DNA from: an uncultured virus (IMG/VR IMGVR_UViG_3300012346_000469)
Taxonomy: Duplodnaviria; Heunggongvirae; Uroviricota; Caudoviricetes
Direction: 5' to 3' (one strand)
IMG/VR virus record: IMGVR_UViG_3300012346_000469
Length of the DNA: 64,000 nucleotides
Under the pieces are notes generated by a model. It was not told the origin of the DNA, searched no databases, and was given only the letters and a program-made list of their open reading frames with translations. This document shows, piece after piece, positions 26,266 through 36,364 of this stretch; within the stretch, counting starts at the first letter, position 1; each line of letters starts with the position of its first letter. Made by a program: the position numbers and the translations under genes.

Positions 26266-28131
26266 ATGGCCGTTTATTACATTAGCCCGTTCACCACGAC
26301 CAATGGCACTGGGACGTGGGCGTCTCCATACTCATTTAGCACTACCGCCCACTCCAGCTTGGCAGCAGGGGATGAGTTACGGGTTGTCGCCAAATATTTG
26401 ACGAGCCTTCTCACGGCAACAACGTACACAGCCACAAGAACCGATGTTACAAGTTTTTTGATTACCGCGGGGGGTGGTTTAGGAGCTGATTTTATCGCTG
26501 GTGATTATGTGTACTTCCCAGACTACGATTCATTTGGCAGAGTCAGTACCGTTGTAACAAACACGATTACTGTGGGTACTGGTGGCAACTTTGGCGTTGC
26601 TCCAATACCAAACACAAATGTTACGACAGTGACAATTAGGAAAGTTGATTTGACGGCAGCAACGCCGAGCGCAATATCAACAACGACGACTTTGTTTGGT
26701 GTTTTGGCCAACAATGTAACCGCAACGGACGGATGGGTTGCTGACGGGGTGCAAGTAACAGACGGAACTGCAAAAAGCATCGTGCGGTCGTCGTCGACAA
26801 GCGGCTCCCATTCATTTCGACTTGATCTTGCTTCAGCGGGGACATATTACACGGGGGTAACTGCCAACATTCCAAACACCCATGTTTTGGGTTCAAATTC
26901 TTCATCGAGTACTTTGGAGTTTGTTGCACACACTACTAGCACGCTTTCGATTGGGCAAGTATATGCAACCGGCTCAGGAGCCAGCTACCTCACAGCTGGC
27001 AGCGGTGCTACTAATGCCGCTATTTTTTCAAATGTTACGTTTACGTTTAACCACGTTACCGCTGCGCAGTCGTTTTTCCAAAGCGCAACAATGTCGTCAT
27101 CGACAATCAATATAACAAACCTGTACCTAGCTGCCGCTTTAATTCCAAGCTCAAGTATGTACGGGTGTACCGTAAATATCGGCTCGTATATTGCCTCAAA
27201 ACTTGATGCCAGTGGCATTGCCACTGGATCAGCGACTGCGTCCAGCACAATATTTAATTTTATAACTGTAGTAGATGGGTATCAGAGCTCCACCATAAGT
27301 TATCTGGCAGTGCAGTATGGCTCATACACGCTAAATATTTTATGCCCTATTTATGTTGCCAAGCGAACAGCTACAATAACAAACATATCGTACAGATTTT
27401 ATGGACTTGGCATTACACCGGCTTATGCAAACGTGGACACGGCTTTTGCGCCGGCGGTGTCAGCATTGGGGGTTACATTCGCCAATAATGATAACGTAGC
27501 CGTACAGTTATTCGCCACCCAAACAACCGTTAGGGACACGCCACTAAATCTCCCAAGGCAGTATCGTTTATACGCCGGGTATAACACTTCGGGTTTTGAG
27601 CCTATATGGAATCGTACGGCGACAAATCTACTGGTTACGAGCAGCCTTGGCAGCCCGCCGTACGAACTATTGGGGATACCGTCTGCAAGTTCGCCGTCCC
27701 CGGCTTTTAATTCGGGAAATAACTTCCCCAAAGTAACGCTTGATGCTGCCGTATATCGCACCGCAGGCCCAAGCATTAAAGTGTACCTCGCCACGTACAA
27801 TGCAACGTACTGGACCCCGACATTTCCGTCTACAGCTGGGATGTCTACAAAAAACATCAAGATTCCAGTGGTGGCCGGAACAACGTACACGATTTCCGGG
27901 TACATCCGTACGGACCAGACTACATTCACAGACGGGCACTGCATTGTCGCGCTGACCGATGGATTCACAACAACCAACAGCCAGAGCATGACAACTGCCT
28001 GCATCAACGCATGGGAGCAGTTCACAATGACGTACACGGCAACACTCACGCAAGAGATCAACTTGGCGATCAGCATGAAGTTTTCGGCCGGCGCCAAAGC
28101 GTTCTGGATCGACGACATCACAATCGTGTAA
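26266..28131 (+). CDS. tail fibre / receptor-binding protein with C-terminal CBM-like jelly-roll
   Basis: T/S-rich beta protein; VVAGTTYTISGYIRT..WEQFT..FWIDD resembles CBM4/9. Confidence 0.7.
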   Translation: MAVYYISPFTTTNGTGTWASPYSFSTTAHSSLAAGDELRVVAKYLTSLLTATTYTATRTDVTSFLITAGGGLGADFIAGDYVYFPDYDSFGRVSTVVTNTITVGTGGNFGVAPIPNTNVTTVTIRKVDLTAATPSAISTTTTLFGVLANNVTATDGWVADGVQVTDGTAKSIVRSSSTSGSHSFRLDLASAGTYYTGVTANIPNTHVLGSNSSSSTLEFVAHTTSTLSIGQVYATGSGASYLTAGSGATNAAIFSNVTFTFNHVTAAQSFFQSATMSSSTINITNLYLAAALIPSSSMYGCTVNIGSYIASKLDASGIATGSATASSTIFNFITVVDGYQSSTISYLAVQYGSYTLNILCPIYVAKRTATITNISYRFYGLGITPAYANVDTAFAPAVSALGVTFANNDNVAVQLFATQTTVRDTPLNLPRQYRLYAGYNTSGFEPIWNRTATNLLVTSSLGSPPYELLGIPSASSPSPAFNSGNNFPKVTLDAAVYRTAGPSIKVYLATYNATYWTPTFPSTAGMSTKNIKIPVVAGTTYTISGYIRTDQTTFTDGHCIVALTDGFTTTNSQSMTTACINAWEQFTMTYTATLTQEINLAISMKFSAGAKAFWIDDITIV

Positions 28132-28139
28132 GGCACACC

Positions 28140-28403
28140 ATGGCAATCATCACAGACGTCACCACCGAGTACGGTTACACGTACGCTCAGCAATACTGCC
28201 GCCCTGACGCCGTTCGCGCCGATAAAGGCCGCATGCGAATTGAAATGGGCGTGTACGAGTCCGCCGCGCATGCAGAACCCGGCAAGCCCCCACACCGCAT
28301 GGAGGTGTTTGATGGGCCGTTTGATTTGTACGCCCCGGAAAATCTGTGGCAGCAGGCCTACGCCATCGTCAAGCTGCGCTGGCCCGAAAGCACTGACGTC
28401 TGA
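28140..28403 (+). CDS. putative tail fibre chaperone
   Basis: small gene after the fibre; NLWQQAY..K....STDV C-terminus. Confidence 0.6.
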   Translation: MAIITDVTTEYGYTYAQQYCRPDAVRADKGRMRIEMGVYESAAHAEPGKPPHRMEVFDGPFDLYAPENLWQQAYAIVKLRWPESTDV

Positions 28404-28406
28404 TAC

Positions 28407-29306
28407 ATGAACGTCTTTGACATAATCGGCTACACGAACTCGCGTGCTTACCCGCTTGAGTCGAAGACGAGTGTCGGCTATTTCGCGCTGATACCCAGTG
28501 GACCGTCGCCCATTTCGGCTACGGTCCTTGAAACGGCCACTGCGTCCGATCTGATCAGCGCCTCGGTTACGCCCGGGGGAATTACTGGCTCGGTCACGGA
28601 AACTGCATCGGCCAGCGACAGCGTGTCCGCCATCGTGGTGTTTGTCTCCACAGCAGCAGAGACGGCAACGGGAACGGACGCGATCTCAACAGCGGTAAAT
28701 GTCGGCGCATCCGTTGCCGAAACCGCCACGGGCACAGACACCTTCCGGGGTGTCGTGGTGTTCATGGGTATTTTGTCGGAATCAGCCGCGGGCACAGACG
28801 CCATCACGACCACGCAGGTCTTCCGCACCACAGTTACAGAGACGGCCACGGGCACGGATGAAATCACGGCCGGCAAGCTGGTATCCGCGGTTGTTACCGA
28901 CTCCGCCACTGGCACAGACGCGCTGGTGGCCACGACAACCTATTACGCTGCGCTGGCCGACTCGGCAACAGGCACGGACACCTACGTCGCCACAACAACG
29001 TACTACGCCCCGATCGAAGAATACGCTACAGGCGTGGATTCCATCACCACGACGGCGGTCATGGGAGCTTCGGCCGATGAGTCGGCCACGGCCACGGACT
29101 CGCTCAACGCCCCCGGCAGCACGTACAACACTCAGATCGTCGAGTCTGCAACGGGCACAGGCCTGTTCTTTGGCGCCTTCTTGTGGGAAGTCATTGATGA
29201 CAATCAGACCCCCGGATGGCAAAATATCACCGATACGCAAAGTTCTGGATGGGGACTCATCAATACTGGTGACGACAATCCTTGGTCCCCCATCTCCACC
29301 ACATAA
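28407..29306 (+). CDS. repetitive virion protein (ETATGTD repeats, ~24-aa period)
   Basis: about ten E/D-T/S-A-T-G/A-T/S-D units. Confidence 0.75.
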   Translation: MNVFDIIGYTNSRAYPLESKTSVGYFALIPSGPSPISATVLETATASDLISASVTPGGITGSVTETASASDSVSAIVVFVSTAAETATGTDAISTAVNVGASVAETATGTDTFRGVVVFMGILSESAAGTDAITTTQVFRTTVTETATGTDEITAGKLVSAVVTDSATGTDALVATTTYYAALADSATGTDTYVATTTYYAPIEEYATGVDSITTTAVMGASADESATATDSLNAPGSTYNTQIVESATGTGLFFGAFLWEVIDDNQTPGWQNITDTQSSGWGLINTGDDNPWSPISTT

Positions 29307-29315
29307 GGAGCCAGC

Positions 29316-30686
29316 ATGGCACTCGTTAACTCTACCCCTTTGCTTGGCTTGGGGCTCCCAACAACTGGCGACCTGAACGGTACATGGGGCACTGCGGTCA
29401 ACGTAGCGGTCACTTCACTGATCGACACCGCGATTGCTGGCACTACTACCCTGTCTACGGATGGCGATGTAATTTTGACGGACACCGATTTTGTGGCCAA
29501 CGAGGCCCGCGCAGCCATCCTGCGCTGGACGGCCACCGGCACAGTCACCCGCAACATCACCGCACCTGCGCAGAGCAAGGCGTACATCGTCATCAATGCC
29601 ACAGGCGGCAGCCAGTCCATCGTCATTCGCGGCGCAGGCCCCACAACAGGCGTCACGGTGGTTTCGGGCGAGAAGTGTGTGGTGGCTTGGAGCGGCTCGG
29701 ATTTCGTGAAAGTTGCTTCGTCAGTTGTGGATGGCGTCACCTCCGTGGCTTTGTCCGCCCCTACCGGGTTCACGGTAGCTGGCAGCCCGATTACCTCCAC
29801 AGGCACGCTGGCGCTTGCGTTTGATACGGGGTACTCTCTGCCGACCAACGCCAGCCAAGCCAACTGGAACACTGCGTACTCAAACAACCTGCAATGGGAC
29901 GGAGGCAGCACGAACCTTGTGGCTGCAACGGGACGCACTTCGTTGGGTGCAACCACTGTCGGTGGGAGCATCTTCACCCTTGCCGATCCATCCGCAGTCT
30001 CGTTCCTTCGCGTGAACGCAGACAACACCGTGACTGCTCTGACGGCGACCAACTTCCGTACTGCGATCTCTGCGGCGGTTTCTGGAGCCAACAGCGACAT
30101 TACCTCTCTGGCGGGGTTGACCACTGCGCTTTCCGCAGCGCAGGGCGGCACGGGCCTCACGGCCCCTGGGACTTCCGGCAATGCGCTCATCTCCAACGGC
30201 ACTGCATGGACCTCCGCTCCGATCGCAGGCATGGTCTACCCCGGCACAGGCATTGCGGTTTCTACGGGATCGGCTTGGGGCACATCGCTTACAGCACCGT
30301 CCGGCACAATCGTCGGAACGTCCGACACCCAGACCCTGACCAACAAACGCATCACTTCGCGGGTGTCGAGCAGCACGTCATGGACCTCTCCGCTGGCGTG
30401 GAACAGCGACACCTTTGACCAATACCAAGCCACTGCGCAAAATGGAGCTGTGACGATCAGTGCTGATGCGGGCACGCCCACTGACGGCCAGAAGATGATC
30501 TTCCGTATCAAAGACAACGGCACTGCCCGCGCCTTGACATGGACGACTGGCACAAGCAAGAGTTTCCGAGCTGTGGGCACCACACTGCCAACTTCGACTG
30601 TGGCCAACAAAACCCTGTACGTGGGCGGCATCTACAACAGCGCCGACTCGCGCTGGGATGTCATCATGGTCACTCAAGAAATCTGA
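29316..30686 (+). CDS. tail fibre protein
   Basis: LGL.LP.TG...GTWG N-terminal anchor; GANSDITSL, QGGTG and QTLTNKR fibre motifs. Confidence 0.8.
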   Translation: MALVNSTPLLGLGLPTTGDLNGTWGTAVNVAVTSLIDTAIAGTTTLSTDGDVILTDTDFVANEARAAILRWTATGTVTRNITAPAQSKAYIVINATGGSQSIVIRGAGPTTGVTVVSGEKCVVAWSGSDFVKVASSVVDGVTSVALSAPTGFTVAGSPITSTGTLALAFDTGYSLPTNASQANWNTAYSNNLQWDGGSTNLVAATGRTSLGATTVGGSIFTLADPSAVSFLRVNADNTVTALTATNFRTAISAAVSGANSDITSLAGLTTALSAAQGGTGLTAPGTSGNALISNGTAWTSAPIAGMVYPGTGIAVSTGSAWGTSLTAPSGTIVGTSDTQTLTNKRITSRVSSSTSWTSPLAWNSDTFDQYQATAQNGAVTISADAGTPTDGQKMIFRIKDNGTARALTWTTGTSKSFRAVGTTLPTSTVANKTLYVGGIYNSADSRWDVIMVTQEI

Positions 30687-30694
30687 GGTAGCGC

Positions 30695-32647
30695 ATGGCA
30701 AACCGATACTGGGTAGGCGGAGATGGGACCTGGGCCGACACTGCGCACTGGTCGACTTCTTCCGGTGGCGCTGGCGGTGCTTCGATACCGACATCCGCAG
30801 ACTACGTTAATTTTGATGGCGCATCTGGGGGAGGCACCGTTGTTTTGTCCAGCACCCAGAGCTGCCAAGGATTTGATTTTCGTGGGTTCACGGGGAGTGT
30901 TTCCGGTTCCGGCGTGCTTTATGCCGCAAGTAACACCTCCTACTTTTCCAGCACTGTGCCGTTTACGCCTTCACTTACTACTGGGGTCGTGACAGTTTAT
31001 GGCGGCGGGGCCACGATCGGTTCGTTCCTTTCCGGCTCAATAACGTTGGCATCTGACTTGACCGTAACAGACATACAGGCGGGCTACAGTGGTGCGGTCT
31101 ATCTCTCGCTTAATACGGGGGTGACATTAACGGCGGGGCGTATTTACGCTTATGACGACGACTTCACCTGCACCGGTGCGGGAAAGATACGGCTGACGGG
31201 CGTGTCTGGGGAGCGCATTATTTACGCTGCTCCGACGTATGCCTCTGCGCCAACATTCACCGTAAACACAGTCATTGAAGTGGTGGGGTTGGCCGGCGTC
31301 GAAACGCTTATGACTTTTGGGTCGTACGCATACTCCACCGGGGCTTCTGGAGAGTTGCGGGTCGTTGGAAACAGCACATCGTATTCCATAGGCGCAGCAG
31401 GGTCGGCTTCAAACTACATCCCAACATTGCATGCGTATCCGGAGGCCACGAACAAAATCGTGCTGAGGTTTTCGGCCACTGCTTATGTCAAGAGCATCAA
31501 ATCAACCGCAGGCTCGGCGGGGCTGCAAAACATTTTTTGGACGGCGAGCAGCACGGTCTACAGCCTTGTTTTGCAAAGCGCAAGCACCGCTTGTAACAGC
31601 GCCAATTTCCAGTGTATTGCTGCATCGGGCGCGGCTGTGAGCGGCACACGCGTGGGAGACTTGGGCTCCAACTCCGGCATTACATTTTCGTCCCGGGCAA
31701 CGGTGTACCGGATTGCAACTGGCGCCTACGGATTGGCCAGTGGGTGGTCCACTTCCTCCGGGGGTTCCGCGGATACAAACGTGCCGTTGCCACAAGATAC
31801 GGCTGTGTTTGATGCTTTGACCCCCAGCGGTACGATCACAATAGCCGCAGGTATAAACGGCCCCTCAACAACATCGTATGTTGCGGGTTTTAGTGCGTCC
31901 GCATACACCGGCACAATCAGCTCTTCTGCTGTCCTGCAAACAGCGGACGACCAAATCACGTTTGGCGCAGGGGTGACGGTTTCTCTGTCCAGTTCGCTGA
32001 CGTGTACAGCCGCTACTGCGCAAGTTGCGGTGCCTACTGGAGCCATACGTCTAGTGTGTGTTGGGGCGTCCATCAATGCGGCAACAACGTTTACCACCCT
32101 TAGTGCAACTGGGGCGGTGGCTACCAACGATTACGCCATCACGGCAAACTTGACGCTGAGCGCGGCAGCCAGCATTACTTGCGGGACGTCCGCCGTTACT
32201 TTGACCGGTTTGTCGGCTGCCGCGGGCGCAACCATCAGTGGAAGCAGCGCAACGTTTACCACATCCGGCTCATGTACTTTGACGCTTAATGGTGGCACTT
32301 TGCCCAATCTGACCGTGGCCAGCGCAACCACAGTCCCAACCAGCGCAACCATCACCGCCCTTACGTTTACGTCAGGCAGTCTCAGCATTGCATCGGGCAC
32401 AACCTTTACGGCCACGAGCTTCGCATCGCCATCGCCCAGTGCATCGCCGCCCGTGCTCAAATGCACAACAACTGGGGGCACGTTTACGCTGGCAACCTCG
32501 GGCGCCAAACTGCTCCAAAACATGAGCTTGCAAGGCGTGGGCACCTCTGGTGTCACCTACTGGAACGCCCTCAACTGCGTCAATAACGGGTACAACAGCA
32601 CGTACATCCTATTCAACAACAACTCCGGGGCGGCAGCCTTTTTCTGA
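30695..32647 (+). CDS. tail fibre / spike-like beta-helical protein
   Basis: MANRYWVGG.GTW..WSTSSGG motif, repeated internally. Confidence 0.75.
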   Translation: MANRYWVGGDGTWADTAHWSTSSGGAGGASIPTSADYVNFDGASGGGTVVLSSTQSCQGFDFRGFTGSVSGSGVLYAASNTSYFSSTVPFTPSLTTGVVTVYGGGATIGSFLSGSITLASDLTVTDIQAGYSGAVYLSLNTGVTLTAGRIYAYDDDFTCTGAGKIRLTGVSGERIIYAAPTYASAPTFTVNTVIEVVGLAGVETLMTFGSYAYSTGASGELRVVGNSTSYSIGAAGSASNYIPTLHAYPEATNKIVLRFSATAYVKSIKSTAGSAGLQNIFWTASSTVYSLVLQSASTACNSANFQCIAASGAAVSGTRVGDLGSNSGITFSSRATVYRIATGAYGLASGWSTSSGGSADTNVPLPQDTAVFDALTPSGTITIAAGINGPSTTSYVAGFSASAYTGTISSSAVLQTADDQITFGAGVTVSLSSSLTCTAATAQVAVPTGAIRLVCVGASINAATTFTTLSATGAVATNDYAITANLTLSAAASITCGTSAVTLTGLSAAAGATISGSSATFTTSGSCTLTLNGGTLPNLTVASATTVPTSATITALTFTSGSLSIASGTTFTATSFASPSPSASPPVLKCTTTGGTFTLATSGAKLLQNMSLQGVGTSGVTYWNALNCVNNGYNSTYILFNNNSGAAAFF

Positions 32648-32656
32648 GGAGATACT

Positions 32657-32920
32657 ATGAGCTGGGCAGATGCACTCAAAGCAGTAATTCCTATCGTGGT
32701 TATGGCCTTGGCGTGGCTGCTCGGGCAGGTCAACTCTTTCTCGGAGCGATTGACCAAGATTGAGGGGAGCATGCCTGCGCTCATCACCAAAGAGGGCGTT
32801 CCAACGGACAGCCCAATCAGCGCCGAGCGCCGCATGATCCTGAAAGAGCAAATCTACAAAGACATCAACGACCTGCATGTGCGGGTCAAGCTCATTGAAG
32901 AGCGGCAGAAAGGCAAGTAA
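32657..32920 (+). CDS. membrane-anchored coiled-coil protein of the lysis module
   Basis: one N-terminal TM segment; AGGAG SD. Confidence 0.65.
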   Translation: MSWADALKAVIPIVVMALAWLLGQVNSFSERLTKIEGSMPALITKEGVPTDSPISAERRMILKEQIYKDINDLHVRVKLIEERQKGK

Positions 32921-33414
32921 TGTTTGAACTCATCGGTGGTGGTGTACTGGGCGGCTTGATCGGCGGGGTGTTTCGCCTCGCACCCGAAGTGCTGAAGTTT
33001 TTCGACAAGAAAAACGAGCGCCAGCACGAGCTGTCCATGTTTGACAAGCAGTGCGATCTGGAAAAGGCCCGTGGCCAGCAAAAGCTCGACGAGATTGGCG
33101 CTGTGCGGGATGCTGCAGTGGACGTTGGTGTCATGGACTCCTTCAATGCGGCGATCAAACAGCAGTCCGAAATGGTCACTGCGGCCGGGGGCTGGGCTGC
33201 AAAACTGTCCGCCTCGGTGCGGCCGGTCGTCACATACTGGGTGCTGTTCATCTGGTCGTTTGCCCACGTCTGGTTTGGCTGGAACGCATGGACCAATGGC
33301 CTGCCGCCTGCCGAGGTGTTTACGCAAATGATGTCGCCTGACTTCTCTGCACTTTTGTCTGGCACCATCAACTACTGGTTCCTTGACCGCACCCTGAAAC
33401 AACGGGGGTTGTGA
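32920..33414 (+). CDS. holin-like membrane protein
   Basis: three hydrophobic segments, SVRP..TY and YWF..R motifs; adjacent to the endolysin. Confidence 0.65.
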   Translation: MFELIGGGVLGGLIGGVFRLAPEVLKFFDKKNERQHELSMFDKQCDLEKARGQQKLDEIGAVRDAAVDVGVMDSFNAAIKQQSEMVTAAGGWAAKLSASVRPVVTYWVLFIWSFAHVWFGWNAWTNGLPPAEVFTQMMSPDFSALLSGTINYWFLDRTLKQRGL

Positions 33415-33857
33415 TGAATCTGGCTGTGGCCGAAGAGCTGTGCAAGCGCTTTGAGGGGTTTCGATCGAAGCCGTACCTCTGCCCAGCCGGCATCCCCACC
33501 ATCGGGTATGGCAGCACGTACTACCCGGGCGGCAAGAAGGTCACGCTCCAAGACCCACCGGTTGACGAGCAAATGGCGGCGGCCATGCTGCGCCAAGAGC
33601 TGGAACACACGTACCTTCCCGGGGTGCTGAGGCTTTGCCCAATCCTTGCAAGCGATGAGCGACGCTGCAATGCAATCGTGGATTTCGTCTATAACCTTGG
33701 GGTTGGCCGGTTGCAAACCAGCACCTTACGTAGGAAAATCAATGCTCAAGACTGGGAAGGCGCCAAGGAGCAGTTGATGCTGTGGGTGCGCGGAGGCGGC
33801 AAGGTCCTCCCCGGACTGGTCAAACGGCGAACTGCCGAAGCCGCACTACTAGGGTAA
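33414..33857 (+). CDS. endolysin, GH24 (lambda-class/T4-like phage lysozyme family)
   Basis: FEG...PYLCPAGIPTIGYG, F.YNLG, LPGLVKRR.AE. Confidence 0.92.
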   Translation: MNLAVAEELCKRFEGFRSKPYLCPAGIPTIGYGSTYYPGGKKVTLQDPPVDEQMAAAMLRQELEHTYLPGVLRLCPILASDERRCNAIVDFVYNLGVGRLQTSTLRRKINAQDWEGAKEQLMLWVRGGGKVLPGLVKRRTAEAALLG

Positions 33858-33860
33858 CCA

Positions 33861-35708
33861 ATGACACTCAAAAAGCTCACACTCAAGGCCGGCGTCAACC
33901 GAGAAAACACACGGTACACCAACGAAAACGGCTGGTACGTGTGCGACAAGGTTCGCTTTCGCCAAGGCACGCCGGAGAAAATCGGCGGGTGGGCCCGCGT
34001 CTCTGATGAGACTTTCCAAGGCGTATGCCGGGCGCTCTTCCCATGGGCTACCCTGAGCGGGGCTGTGTACTTGGCCGTTGGCACCAACCTCAAATACTAC
34101 GTCGAGTACAGCAGCCAGTTCTACGACATCACGCCACTGCGGGGCACAGCCACTTTGACTGACCCGTTTACAACCTCCAGTGGCCTCACAACGGTCAACG
34201 TGTATGACGTGGCCAACGGCGCAACGGTCGGAGCATTTGTCACATTCAGCGGCGCCACCACTGTGGGCGGCCTCGATCTGAACGGTGAGTACCGGGTTGC
34301 AACCATTGTCGACGCTGACAACTACACCATTGAAGCCGCGTCCCCCGCAAGCTCCAGCGTAACGGGCGGAGGTACGGTAACGGCCGCATACCAAATTACC
34401 CCGGGCTACGAGTTCGAGCAGCCATACGCTGGCTGGGGTGCGGGCGGTTGGGGCGACGGCACATGGGGGGTGGGTACCACCTCTACCGAGCCTATGCGGT
34501 TGTGGTCGCAGTCGAACTTTGGTGAGGACTTGATCTTTGCGCCTCGCGGCGGAGCCATTTACTACTGGTCCGTCAGCAGCGGCCTCACCACCCCTGCGGT
34601 CGACTTGGCCACCGTGGTAGGGGCCTCTGAAGTTCCAATCGTACAGAACTGTATTCTGGTGTCGGACGTATCCCGCTTCGTGTTCGCCTTTGGCTGCAAC
34701 GACGTGTTTGGATTCCTGCAAGACCCAATGCTCATCCGTTGGTCCGACCAAGAAGATGCCACCAACTGGAACCCCTCCGCCACCAACCAAGCGGGTAGCT
34801 TGCGCCTCTCGACGGGCTCCAGCATCATCACCGCGATTCAGGCCCGTCAGGAGGTTTTGGTGTGGACGGACTCCGCTGTGTACTCTATGCAGTACGTCGG
34901 AGCACCCATTGTTTGGGGCGCCACTTTGCTTGGCAGCAACACGTCGATCGCGGGCCCAAACACGGTTGCCTACGCGTCTGGCAAAGCCTACTGGATGGGG
35001 CTGGACAAGTTCTACGTCTACGACGGTACGGTTCAGACACTCAAGTGCGACCTGCGCCGCTACGTGTTCAATGACATCAACCACGACCAGTTCACACAGT
35101 GTTTTGCGGGCACCAACGAAGGCTTCAGCGAGGTCTGGTGGTTCTACTGCTCGGCAAACTCGCTGACAATTGACCGGTACGTGGTGTTCAACTACGCCGA
35201 GAACATCTGGTACTACGGCACCATGGCTCGCACGGCATGGGCAGACACTGGGCTAGTTCCGAACCCGCAAGCGGCCACGTACAACGGCAAGGTCGTCTAC
35301 CAAGAATACGGCGTGGATGACAACGAGAACATGGTCACCGCCCCCATTGAGGCGTACATCGAGTCGGCTGAGTTTGACATCGACGATGGTGACCATTTCG
35401 GCTTTGTGTGGCGCATCTTGCCGGACGTGACGTTTGATGGCTCCACGGCAGAAAACCCATCGGGCACCATGACGCTGATCCCCATGAAGAACTCCGGCTC
35501 AGGGTACAACGACCCGACCTCGGTGGGCGGTTCAGATCAGTCTGCTATCACCCGCACGGCCACCGTGCCGATCGAGCAGTTCACAGGCCAGATTTACGTT
35601 CGTGTGCGCGGGCGCCAGATGATCCTGCGCATGGAGTCCTCTGATATTGGGGTGACGTGGCAGCTTGGCTCTCCTCGGATTGACATCCGTCAGGACGGTC
35701 GTCGATGA
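33861..35708 (+). CDS. tail nozzle / tubular protein B-like (P22 gp10-like beta-propeller)
   Basis: size, position and RWSDQE motif. Confidence 0.75.
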   Translation: MTLKKLTLKAGVNRENTRYTNENGWYVCDKVRFRQGTPEKIGGWARVSDETFQGVCRALFPWATLSGAVYLAVGTNLKYYVEYSSQFYDITPLRGTATLTDPFTTSSGLTTVNVYDVANGATVGAFVTFSGATTVGGLDLNGEYRVATIVDADNYTIEAASPASSSVTGGGTVTAAYQITPGYEFEQPYAGWGAGGWGDGTWGVGTTSTEPMRLWSQSNFGEDLIFAPRGGAIYYWSVSSGLTTPAVDLATVVGASEVPIVQNCILVSDVSRFVFAFGCNDVFGFLQDPMLIRWSDQEDATNWNPSATNQAGSLRLSTGSSIITAIQARQEVLVWTDSAVYSMQYVGAPIVWGATLLGSNTSIAGPNTVAYASGKAYWMGLDKFYVYDGTVQTLKCDLRRYVFNDINHDQFTQCFAGTNEGFSEVWWFYCSANSLTIDRYVVFNYAENIWYYGTMARTAWADTGLVPNPQAATYNGKVVYQEYGVDDNENMVTAPIEAYIESAEFDIDDGDHFGFVWRILPDVTFDGSTAENPSGTMTLIPMKNSGSGYNDPTSVGGSDQSAITRTATVPIEQFTGQIYVRVRGRQMILRMESSDIGVTWQLGSPRIDIRQDGRR

Positions 35709-36349
35709 ACCGCGAGCAGCTGCAACAGGTAGCGCCACCCAGTCTTCCGGTGGCGCAGCCGGCCTATGACGGCCCACGTCAAGAGCAGTACAGCAACGTG
35801 CTGCGCCTGTTTTTTACGCGGCTTATGAACGTGGTTAACTCGGTGACTGGCTCATTTGGCGGCCGGTTTGTTGACTGCCCAAACGGATTGTTCTTTGACC
35901 TTGGGACCTACAGCCCGGCGTTAGCAAACACGGGTTATCCCTTAGAGTTCAAAATGCCCTACTTGGACCACGGGATCAGTGTTGTCGACGACACCAAGAT
36001 TACAGTCGCGTATGGCGGGGTGTACAACTTCCAGTATTCCAGCGCGGTGACAAGCACCAATGCCAGCCTGAAAACTGTCTGGGTGTGGATCGTGCGAAAC
36101 GGGACGCCCATAGGGTATTCCACCAACGAGTACACCATCAGCGGCTCGGGCACAGCCACGATCGTCTCGTGGAACTTCAACATCGACCTCGACGTGGGCG
36201 AATACGTGGAGATGTATTGGGGCGCGGACGACGTGAACATCTCCATTGGCACCACGGCACCGACAGCACCACACCCGGGCATCCCTGCAAACGTCATTGC
36301 AGTAAACTTCATTGCACCGCTGCCTGACCCGCGTCCGGTCGCCCCTTAA
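35705..36349 (+). CDS. virion protein (tail needle/knob-like)
   Basis: LRLFF..L helix followed by G.YNFQ.S beta domain. Confidence 0.65.
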   Translation: MNREQLQQVAPPSLPVAQPAYDGPRQEQYSNVLRLFFTRLMNVVNSVTGSFGGRFVDCPNGLFFDLGTYSPALANTGYPLEFKMPYLDHGISVVDDTKITVAYGGVYNFQYSSAVTSTNASLKTVWVWIVRNGTPIGYSTNEYTISGSGTATIVSWNFNIDLDVGEYVEMYWGADDVNISIGTTAPTAPHPGIPANVIAVNFIAPLPDPRPVAP

Positions 36350-36364
36350 TACAGGACATACGCC

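Noticed and set aside
26266..32647. Diversity-generating retroelement as in BPP-1
   Set aside because: No reverse transcriptase and no TR/VR pair with adenine-specific mismatches was seen; the 368-N gap is too small to hide an RT
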